The notes under the pieces: generated by a model | Told to the model about the DNA's origin: nothing | The model's input: the letters and a program-made list of their open reading frames with translations, nothing else | The model's database searches: none | Assembly (NCBI GenBank): GCA_020632335.1 | Contig: JACKFV010000001.1 | Location: 390,001-422,000 of the forward strand | Direction: 5' to 3' | Source: Candidatus Saccharimonadota bacterium | Lineage (GTDB): Bacteria > Patescibacteriota > Gracilibacteria > UBA4473 | Length of the DNA stretch: 32,000 bases | Part shown: positions 1-6,380 of the stretch, piece after piece | Layout: every line of letters begins with the position of its first letter | How positions within the stretch are numbered: the stretch's first letter is position 1 | Translations under genes and position numbers: made by a program

Positions 1-30
1 AGTAACGGCAACACTAGAGCATTCCCTAGC

Positions 31-120
31 ACTAATTTTTGTTTTTCCCTCGATAAGGAGAGAAATAATTTTATTGTTTTCATACAATAATCTTTTTAAA
101 GTTATAAAAATATAGATTTC
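31..120. other. AT-rich tract downstream of dnaA; candidate DNA-unwinding element / origin-proximal region
   Basis: About 90 nt of strongly AT-rich sequence (e.g. aataattttattgttttcatacaataatctttttaaagttataaaaatatag) in an otherwise GC-rich window. It lies just past the 3' end of dnaA. No consensus DnaA boxes were found inside it by eye. Confidence 0.3.
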
Positions 121-281
121 TGTCACCCTGGCCACGGTATGACTCCTCAGAGTCTTATAAGAGCCTTATGACCACAATGACAGAAACCTGCTTCTGCTAC
201 GAGGTATAAAAGACGTAGCATGCCTACCGGTGGGGTGGCGTGCCACGATCTCATACAACCATAAATTTTCTCTCTTGTCAA

Positions 282-1745
282 TTATTTCACTCCCAGGTCG
301 GCCTTGATGGCGTGCAGGTGCCGCGCGGTGTGGGCGTCGCTCTCCAGCTGCTGGTGGATCTTCTTCACCCCGTGCATGATGGTGGTGTGGTTCTTCCCGC
401 CGAAATCCTCCCCGATCTGCTCATAGCTCATCCGCAGCACGTCGCGGCACAACACCCAGCACAGCTGCCGCGCGAAGACCACCTGCTGCTTGCGGCTGGT
501 GCCCAGGATGTCAGTAGCGGGGATGCCGAAGTAGTCCGCGATGAAGGTGATGATATCGTCGGTATTACGCGCGATGCCGCGTTTGGCTTCATCGGCCGTC
601 TGTAGCGGTGCACTGGGGTTGAGCTTACGCAGTATGCGGCTGACCGACTGCAGCGTGGGCGGCGTGTGGGTCAGCTCTACCTCCGCGCGGATCTGGTTCA
701 CCAGGTTCTCTACCTCTCGCAGCGTCTTGCGTACGTTGGCCGCGAGGAACTGCTCTATATCTGCCGGAAGGAGAAGATCGGCCGCTTGGGCTTTTTGCTG
801 TACTATGGCAATACGGGTCTCGAAGCTCGGCAACTGGACATCTACCGTCAGCCCCCAGCCCATACGACTGCGCAGCCGGTCTGCGATGCCGGTGAGCTCT
901 GACGGGGGCCGGTCTGCCGCAAAGATGATCTGCTTCTGCCCCTCGAAGAGGTCGTTAAAGGTATTAAAGAGCTCGTCTTGCGCGTGCTCCTTCCCGTCAA
1001 AAAACTGCACATCGTCGATGATGAGGACGTCTGTACGGCGGTACTTCTTACGGAATTCGTCGGTCTTGCGCTGGCGGATAGCCTTCACCAGCTCGTTGAG
1101 GAACCTCTCCGCGGTGGTATAGACCACCACCGCCTCTCCATCGCGCCGCAGCACCTCATTGGCCGTGCCCTGCAGCAGGTGGGTTTTGCCCAGCCCCACC
1201 CCGCCATAGATGAAGAGCGGGTTGTACTTCTTCTCCTTACCGGCGGCCTCGGCCACGGCCATGCAGGCGGCGTGCGCCAGGCGGTTCTCCTCCCCCACGA
1301 TGAAATTTCGGAGCGTCAGGTGACTGCTGAGCACCCGGCTCTCCACCCCTTCTTGCAGCCGCACGGTGGGCTCGTGGCGGATTTTCTTGGCGCTCAGTTG
1401 CTTCTCAAACAACGCTGGGTAGGCCACCGGAGCGTTGCTGAGCGAGAGATCGGTATCGAAGTAGACCTGGTCTACCTGTGGGCTCACGGCCTGGAGGTTA
1501 CTGAGAATGATGCCCCGGTACTTGCTACTGAGCCAGTTGCGGTGCATGTCGGTGGGGGCCAGCACCATGGCGCCGCCGCCCTCTATGCGCGCCAGCTGTA
1601 CCTTGGGGAACCAGGTGTGGAACTCCATACGGCTGAGCTTCTCACTCAGGCGCGCCAGCACGGCCTCCCATATCTGCTCTGTGGTCATGGTCAGCCCCTC
1701 CCCGATGTTCTTCCCCGTGGTGGCGGTGCTCGGTTCAGGACTCAT
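282..1745 (-). CDS. dnaA: Chromosomal replication initiator protein DnaA
   Basis: 487-codon ORF ending in TAA (282-284). Walker A FIYGGVGLGKTHLL, Walker B VLIIDDVQFF, C-terminal DnaA DNA-binding signature GGKNHTTIMHG. The ATG at 1745 has no SD and sits directly after a candidate -10. The internal ATG at 1686-1688 is preceded by GGAGG (1697-1701, 8-nt spacer), so 282..1688 (468 aa, MTTEQIWEAVL...) may be the true CDS. Confidence 0.95.
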   Translation of the reverse strand: MSPEPSTATTGKNIGEGLTMTTEQIWEAVLARLSEKLSRMEFHTWFPKVQLARIEGGGAMVLAPTDMHRNWLSSKYRGIILSNLQAVSPQVDQVYFDTDLSLSNAPVAYPALFEKQLSAKKIRHEPTVRLQEGVESRVLSSHLTLRNFIVGEENRLAHAACMAVAEAAGKEKKYNPLFIYGGVGLGKTHLLQGTANEVLRRDGEAVVVYTTAERFLNELVKAIRQRKTDEFRKKYRRTDVLIIDDVQFFDGKEHAQDELFNTFNDLFEGQKQIIFAADRPPSELTGIADRLRSRMGWGLTVDVQLPSFETRIAIVQQKAQAADLLLPADIEQFLAANVRKTLREVENLVNQIRAEVELTHTPPTLQSVSRILRKLNPSAPLQTADEAKRGIARNTDDIITFIADYFGIPATDILGTSRKQQVVFARQLCWVLCRDVLRMSYEQIGEDFGGKNHTTIMHGVKKIHQQLESDAHTARHLHAIKADLGVK

Positions 1746-1751
1746 AGCCCC

Positions 1752-1779
1752 ACTATAGCAGGGTTATCCACACGCGCAA
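1752..1779 (-). promoter_or_regulatory. Candidate sigma70-type dnaA promoter (-35 TTGCGC, 16-nt spacer, -10 TATAGT)
   Basis: The minus strand reads TTGCGC (1779-1774), then gtgtggataaccctgc, then TATAGT (1757-1752). The spacer contains the DnaA box, the classic autorepression layout. The -35 matches consensus only at TTG. Confidence 0.4.
1764..1772 (+). promoter_or_regulatory. Perfect consensus DnaA box TTATCCACA
   Basis: Exact 9/9 match to the TTATCCACA consensus. It is 19 nt upstream of the annotated dnaA ATG and lies inside the spacer of the candidate dnaA promoter. Confidence 0.7.
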
Positions 1780-1816
1780 GTATATATTTTGTGTTCACAC
1801 GGTACTTCTCCAGTAC

Positions 1817-2872
1817 TCACTCCATCTGCTGAGCACGCACAAGAATACGCTCGGAGAGGTCGGTATTACAGGTGAAGAGGAGGGCGTCTGTCTCCGGCGA
1901 GCTATCCCGCAGGGCCTCAGCGTCGCGCTGGGAGATAGCGGTTTTCTCGATGATCACATAGTGCCGCGGCTGCCCATCCACCGTGAGGGTGAGGGTGTCG
2001 CCACGGGTGATATCCCGCTGCAGCAGGGGGCTGAGCACTGGGCCATAGGGGGTGGGGTCTCCCTCCCAGGTGGAGGAGTGGCCAAAGACGATAAAGTTCT
2101 CGTTCTCACGGTCATAGTAGTAGCCCAGGCCGGTATTGGTCAGGTCGTCCAGCCACACGCTGGGGTCAGTCAACAAGGTGGGCGTCGCGGGGATAGCCTG
2201 TATGCTCGTCCCGTCGACGGTAAGCTGTATCTGCTCGCGGTAGTGGGGCGCGGCTTCATCTTGCACCCGGAGCGTGCGGGAGAGCAGCGTAAAGACCTCA
2301 GCGCGGGTAACGGGCGTGCTGAAGTCCCGCAAGGCCAGCGACGGAGGAATAACTCCCTGGGCCATGAGCGCGTCGTAATAGCGCTGCGGCCAGGGGGTGG
2401 AATCAGGTGCTTTGGGGTCACTATGGCCAAAGCCTACCGCCAGCAGCTTGAGGATCTCGCCATAGGTGATCTCCCCTGCGGGACGGAAGGTGCCGTCAGT
2501 ATAGCCCTTGAAGACCCCCATGCGCAGCAGCGTCTCGGCGTAGGGGAAGTACCACTGGGTTGGGTCGAGGTCCGGGAAGGAGGGGGATGGCAGCACGGCC
2601 AGCAAGCGTAGCTCCAGCGCGTGGGAGAGGATCTTGGCCACCTCAGCGCGGGTGATGGGCGCCTCCAGAGTCATGGTGCCGGTATTCCCCTGCCCGCTGA
2701 TGATGCGCTGGCGGTAGAGATCCACCGTGGCCTCATACGCTGGGTGGTCAGCGGAGGTATCACTAAAGATGGAATAGGCATTGTACTTGGCCCGCAACCA
2801 GTCTGGCACACTGGCCTCTGCCAGCCCAGCAGTAACCGAGCACAAGAGCAAGAGCAGCGCTAGAGGTCTCAT
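1817..2872 (-). CDS. Secreted protein with three SLH repeats and a C-terminal sortase-like (His-Cys-Arg) domain
   Basis: 351-aa ORF ending in TGA. Signal peptide MRPLALLLLLCSVTAGLAEA/S. Three SLH-like segments: SIFSDT...APITRAEVAKIL; FPDLDPTQWYFPYAETLLRMGVFKGYTDGTFRPAGEITYGEILKLL; ...FSTPVTRAEVFTLLSRTL. The C-terminal ~140 aa follow the sortase pattern: NFIVFGHSS (His265, nt 2078-2080), RGDTLTLTVDGQPRHYVI, ALLFTCN (Cys335, nt 1868-1870), Arg342. The His-to-Cys spacing is 70 aa, similar to known sortases. Confidence 0.75.
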   Translation of the reverse strand: MRPLALLLLLCSVTAGLAEASVPDWLRAKYNAYSIFSDTSADHPAYEATVDLYRQRIISGQGNTGTMTLEAPITRAEVAKILSHALELRLLAVLPSPSFPDLDPTQWYFPYAETLLRMGVFKGYTDGTFRPAGEITYGEILKLLAVGFGHSDPKAPDSTPWPQRYYDALMAQGVIPPSLALRDFSTPVTRAEVFTLLSRTLRVQDEAAPHYREQIQLTVDGTSIQAIPATPTLLTDPSVWLDDLTNTGLGYYYDRENENFIVFGHSSTWEGDPTPYGPVLSPLLQRDITRGDTLTLTVDGQPRHYVIIEKTAISQRDAEALRDSSPETDALLFTCNTDLSERILVRAQQME

Positions 2873-2881
2873 AAGCCTAGT

Positions 2882-3265
2882 CTAGCGCAAAACACCCGTG
2901 AGGGGAAGCACCGAAAGCAGCTCCAGGTTATTCGCCTCGCGGGTGAGAGAGGTACCCAGTGGCGTCTCCGCCTCGGCCAGGAGGACCGTCATATCTCTCC
3001 CGGTGGCGGGTGGCGGGGTGAGCGCAAGGATCTCCACAGGCTCTGGAGTGCTGGCCAGCAGTGGCGCAGCCGGCAGGGCGTACTGATAGGGCACAGAAGG
3101 CGCGGAGCCCAGGGCTCCTGTAATGGGCGTCTCGAACTGGCGAATGCCACCGTACTGCGCGCCCACCTCCATCAGCGAGAAGAGCGCCGGCCCCACGACC
3201 CCCACCGCGATGAGGACCAGACTCGTGAGCCAGGGGTTCTGCAGATGGTGGCGAGGAGCGTTCAT
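2882..3265 (-). CDS. Small N-terminally membrane-anchored Pro/Ala-rich protein ending in LPLTG-VLR; candidate sortase substrate
   Basis: 127-aa ORF ending in TAG. It is co-directional with the sortase-like gene and ends 9 nt before that gene's ATG. It has a single TM helix (LTSLVLIAVGVVGPALFSLM). The C-terminus reads ...LSVLPLTGVLR-stop, with the LPLTG codons at 2894-2908. I recognise no homolog; coding status rests on ORF length, operon position and the motif. Confidence 0.55.
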   Translation of the reverse strand: MNAPRHHLQNPWLTSLVLIAVGVVGPALFSLMEVGAQYGGIRQFETPITGALGSAPSVPYQYALPAAPLLASTPEPVEILALTPPPATGRDMTVLLAEAETPLGTSLTREANNLELLSVLPLTGVLR

Positions 3266-3327
3266 CGAGAATATATGTAAGAGTACTTTCAGGAAAATCT
3301 CATGATTGGCAAGTGAATTATTACTTT

Positions 3328-3356
3328 TTGACAGAAATGTGGTTACTGTCTAGGGT
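3328..3356 (+). promoter_or_regulatory. Candidate promoter for the GH17-GT2 gene (perfect -35 TTGACA, weak -10)
   Basis: TTGACA at 3328-3333 in the divergent intergenic region. After a 17-nt spacer comes TAGGGT (3351-3356), which matches the -10 consensus at only 3/6 positions. Confidence 0.2.
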
Positions 3357-3411
3357 GCGTATGTAGAGTATCTGTATACACTCTCTGAAAAATACCTGGC
3401 GCCAGTGGCTC

Positions 3412-5328
3412 GTGGTGGTGGGGCTGCTGGTGCTGCAGGGGGGGCTGTGGTACGCGCATCGTGCACCGGTCAGCCCGCCGGCCATGCCCGAGAAGCTCCC
3501 CTGTGTGAGCTATGACCCGCACTACGCCCTGAGGGGCTACAACCCCCAGCACGATCAAGCGGTTATCTCCCCCCAGCAGCTGGAGCGGGACATGGCTTTC
3601 CTCCAGCGCATCACCAGCTGTGTACGGGTCTACAGCAGCACGGGTGGCCTGCAGCGCCTGCCGAGGATAGCCCAGCAGTACGGCATGAACGTCATCGTCG
3701 GAGCGTGGATAGACCCCCAGTACCCCGAGCGCACCCGGCAGGAGATAGACAACGCGCTCTGGATGGCCAACAACAATAGCAATGTGCCGCAGGTGATTCT
3801 CGGGAATGAGGTGCTGTTCTTCGAGCAATACACGGTGCCCGAGCTCATTGCTATACTCGACGATGCTCGATCTCGTACGCAGGTGCCCCTCAGCACGGCC
3901 GAGATGCCCTTCAACTGGGAATGGCACCCGGAGCTGGTGGCGCACGTGGATTTCCTCACTATACACGCCTTCTCCTACTGGGCGGGAGAGCCAAGCAGCC
4001 ATAGCATAGCCCCCCTGGCGGCTGACTATAAGAAGGTACAGCGCGTGGCGGGTGGCAAGCGGATATTCTTTGGCGAGGTGGGGTGGCCGAGCGCTGGGTA
4101 CCAGCAGGGGCAGGCGCAGCCGGGAGTGCAGCAGCAGGGGCGGTTCCTGCGGGAGTTTGCACACCGTGCGGCGCAAGAAGGCTGGTGGTATAACGTCATA
4201 GAGGCCTATGACCAGCCGTGGAAGCTCCGCACGCAGGAGGGCAGAACGGGCGCGCACTTTGGGCTCTTTACCCCGAGTGGGCAGATGAAGTGGCCCTGGA
4301 GCGGCCCGCTGGAACGCCTGCCGCACTGGGAGTGGTGGGCCGGGCTCTCTCTGCTGCTGAGCGCCTGGTGGAGCGTCTTGCTCTGGGAGCGGCGTCACCC
4401 TGGCGGCTGGGGGGTAGAGCTCTTCCTCCACGGGAGCGGGCACGTCTTTGCGGTGGTGCTGGTGCTGGTCGGCTATACCCTCCACAGCGAGTACCTGCTG
4501 CGCCTGCCCATCATCTGGGGATTCCTCGTGGTGCCGCTGCTCTTCTTGGCTCTTGTGGTGGTGGCCAAGGCCCGAGAGAGCGCCCCGGTGCTGCGCCGTG
4601 TGCCGCTCCTGCAGGTGCCTGTGCCCGTGCCGCTACCGCTAGACCCGCCACTGGTGAGCCTCCACCTGCCCACCCACAACGAGCCGCCAGAGGTGGTGAT
4701 CGCTACGCTGCGGGCGCTTACGCGGCTTGAGTACCCCCGGTTTGAGGTGCGCGTGCTCGACAATAATACGCGTGATACAGCGCTCTGGGAGCCGGTGCAG
4801 CAGTACATCACCGCGCTGCAAGACCAGCGATTTCACTTCCATCACTCGGAAGAAATCACGGGGTATAAGGCCGGCGCGCTGAACTGGGGCATCTCCCTCA
4901 CTCCGCCAGAGTACTCCCTCATCGCCTGTATAGATGCGGATTACCAGGTGCAGCCGGGGTGGCTCGGGCAGGTGGTGGGGTATTTCTCAGACCCGCAGGT
5001 AGCCGCGGTGCAGTGCCCCCAGCACCACCAGAGCCCACACATGACCCCACAGCAACGCGCCATGTGCGCCGAGTATGAGGCTTTCTTTCATATCGGTATG
5101 GTGAGGCGTAATGAGGATAATGCCATTGTCTTGCACGGAACGATGGTGTGCCTGCGGCGCTCGGTGCTGGAGGGAATAGGCTGGCCGACGCATACCATCA
5201 CCGAGGACGCTGACCTAGGGCTGCAGCTGCTGATGGCGGGCCACCGAGTGCTCTACCACAACGCAGTGCTGGGGTCTGGGGTGCCGCCGGTGGATTTCTC
5301 GGCGTATGAGCAGCAGCGGTTCCGGTAG
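3412..5328 (+). CDS. GH17 glucanase/transglycosylase - TM - GT2 processive beta-glycosyltransferase fusion (NdvB-like), N-terminal 638 codons up to a premature TAG
   Basis: GH17 motifs ILGNEVLF and FFGEVGWPSAG. Three TM helices lie mid-protein. GT2 motifs LPTHNEPPEVVIATL, ACIDADY, ITEDADLG and QQRFR, followed immediately by TAG (5326-5328). The GTG start at 3412 is uncertain; the frame is open from 3367. Confidence 0.85.
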   Translation: MVVGLLVLQGGLWYAHRAPVSPPAMPEKLPCVSYDPHYALRGYNPQHDQAVISPQQLERDMAFLQRITSCVRVYSSTGGLQRLPRIAQQYGMNVIVGAWIDPQYPERTRQEIDNALWMANNNSNVPQVILGNEVLFFEQYTVPELIAILDDARSRTQVPLSTAEMPFNWEWHPELVAHVDFLTIHAFSYWAGEPSSHSIAPLAADYKKVQRVAGGKRIFFGEVGWPSAGYQQGQAQPGVQQQGRFLREFAHRAAQEGWWYNVIEAYDQPWKLRTQEGRTGAHFGLFTPSGQMKWPWSGPLERLPHWEWWAGLSLLLSAWWSVLLWERRHPGGWGVELFLHGSGHVFAVVLVLVGYTLHSEYLLRLPIIWGFLVVPLLFLALVVVAKARESAPVLRRVPLLQVPVPVPLPLDPPLVSLHLPTHNEPPEVVIATLRALTRLEYPRFEVRVLDNNTRDTALWEPVQQYITALQDQRFHFHHSEEITGYKAGALNWGISLTPPEYSLIACIDADYQVQPGWLGQVVGYFSDPQVAAVQCPQHHQSPHMTPQQRAMCAEYEAFFHIGMVRRNEDNAIVLHGTMVCLRRSVLEGIGWPTHTITEDADLGLQLLMAGHRVLYHNAVLGSGVPPVDFSAYEQQRFR

Positions 5329-5340
5329 GCCTATGGCGGC

Positions 5341-5949
5341 GTGGGGATCCTCCGGCGGTACTGGCGGGCGCTCTTTTTGGGGCATTCTCGGCTCAGCAGG
5401 GCGCAGCGCTGGCACTTCATCAGCGGGTGGCTGCCGTGGCTGGCAGACGCGTTCTACCCGCTCTTCACCATGGCGGGGCTGGGGTGGAGTGCCCTCCTGC
5501 TGGTGAGCGACCGGCTGATGCTGCCCGAGAGTTTCAGCTATCCGCTGCTGTTCTTTGCCGTGTGGAATACCGTGCAGAGCGCCTGGACCTACCACACCGC
5601 GGTGCCGGGGGCCCGTATGCAGAGCCTCTGGCAGAGCACGGTGGCGGGCAGTAGCCTGACCAGTAGTATTGCTCTGGCGGTGTACCAGCAGTTGCTGGGT
5701 ATGCGGGCCAGCTTCCACGTGACGCCAAAACAAGGCAGCACCAGCGCCCCGTGGTGGCAGGCGCTCTGGCGGGCAGACTTTGTACTGAGCGGGCTCTATT
5801 GGCTGGCGGCGATGGCAGCGTGCGTGCTGTGGAGCGTGCGCTACGGGGCGATCCATACCGAGGCGCTTCTCTGGGCCATAGCCGCAACGGTGATGGTACT
5901 GCCCAGCCTGGCGGCCGTACGGATGATTTCGTATAGAAACCCGGTGTAG
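5341..5949 (+). CDS. C-terminal multi-pass membrane portion of the same GT2 synthase (same frame as 3412..5328)
   Basis: Same reading frame as the upstream ORF (3412 and 5341 are both frame 1). The sequence right after the TAG reads AYGGVGILRRYW..., the normal continuation after QxxRW in cellulose-synthase-like GT2s. Several hydrophobic helices follow. Stop is TAG at 5947-5949. Confidence 0.7.
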   Translation: MGILRRYWRALFLGHSRLSRAQRWHFISGWLPWLADAFYPLFTMAGLGWSALLLVSDRLMLPESFSYPLLFFAVWNTVQSAWTYHTAVPGARMQSLWQSTVAGSSLTSSIALAVYQQLLGMRASFHVTPKQGSTSAPWWQALWRADFVLSGLYWLAAMAACVLWSVRYGAIHTEALLWAIAATVMVLPSLAAVRMISYRNPV

Positions 5950-6250
5950 ATATCTATTACCAATATTTTTGCTATGTAGTTGTGGTAAAATAGCTGGTAT
6001 TAGCGGTCTGGCTGTGCAGCGCTATAGCACGGTATCTCTCGCTCTGCTGGCACTCGGTAGACCATATATAGGGCGGTGCACAACGCTAGTTTCGGGGTTA
6101 TTTATAGCTGATAATCGGTTGTAAATACTTCTAAAAAGAGCATTAAACCACAATAGTGCAACTATGTAGCACTTGGGTGCACCGCAGCACCTACTTGTGC
6201 TTGCGCGCGGCTCTCTCCATCGTAGATGCTGTATCGTATACCCCAGATTC

Positions 6251-6380
6251 ATGCGTCATCTGCGTCGCGCGCTCTCGGCTCTTCTCACCACGAGTCTCCT
6301 CGCTAGCCAGTACAGTGTCTGGCTGCTGGCAGGATTCCTTGGGAATCAGCTCATCAGCCCCGGCCAGGCCGCGGCGTCCT
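6251..6380 (+). other. Predicted signal peptide / N-terminal signal anchor of the giant protein
   Basis: Basic n-region (MRHLRR), a long hydrophobic stretch, then PGQAAAS as a possible AxA-type cleavage site. Confidence 0.5.

Larger units (their letters stand above)
3412..5949 (+). pseudogene. GH17-GT2 beta-glucan synthase gene interrupted by a single in-frame amber codon at the QxxRW tryptophan
   Basis: The sequence reads Q-R-F-R-TAG-A-Y-G-G, where Q-x-x-R-W-A-Y-G is expected. TAG is one transition from TGG. The two ORFs are otherwise colinear, in frame, and 845 codons in total. Confidence 0.55.

Noticed and set aside
1-91. A partial minus-strand ORF starting at ATG 89-91 (MKTIKLFLSLSREKQKLVLGNALVLPL...) and running off the left edge, considered as a possible dnaN start.
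   Set aside because: It is only about 30 codons and lies entirely within AT-rich sequence, with codon usage unlike every other gene in the window. It bears no convincing resemblance to the beta-clamp N-terminus. This cannot be decided without sequence to the left.
117-240. A possible tRNA or other small RNA gene in the hairpin-rich segment.
   Set aside because: No T-loop (GTTCRANYC-like) or cloverleaf arrangement is seen on either strand. The hairpins are short (5-9 bp) and AT-rich.
3343-4485. 380-aa minus-strand ORF antisense to the GH17 domain. The same applies to the other long antisense or off-frame ORFs in the track, e.g. 978..1832(+), 5215..5856(-), 8162..9028(-), 9914..12145(-), 16730..17548(-), 19451..21022(-), 24104..25636(-), 27755..28543(+).
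   Set aside because: They overlap strongly supported genes on the other strand or in another frame. Their low-complexity Arg/Pro/Gly/Ala/His-rich compositions are typical of shadow frames in GC-rich DNA, and they show no recognisable motifs.
5326-5328. Genome-wide stop-codon reassignment (TAG read as an amino acid) as the explanation for the in-frame TAG.
   Set aside because: TAG terminates several well-bounded ORFs in this window (2882-3265, the giant gene, dprA, the GT2 C-terminal part) at sensible protein ends. TGA and TAA are also used as stops. No other conserved protein here needs recoding.
6173-6250. TTG at 6173 as the start codon of the giant gene, as in the ORF track.
   Set aside because: The 26 residues it adds (MGAPQHLLVLARGSLHRRCCIVYPRF) precede a much better ATG with a signal-peptide-like sequence at 6251. 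No SD supports either start, so ATG 6251 is preferred, though without certainty.
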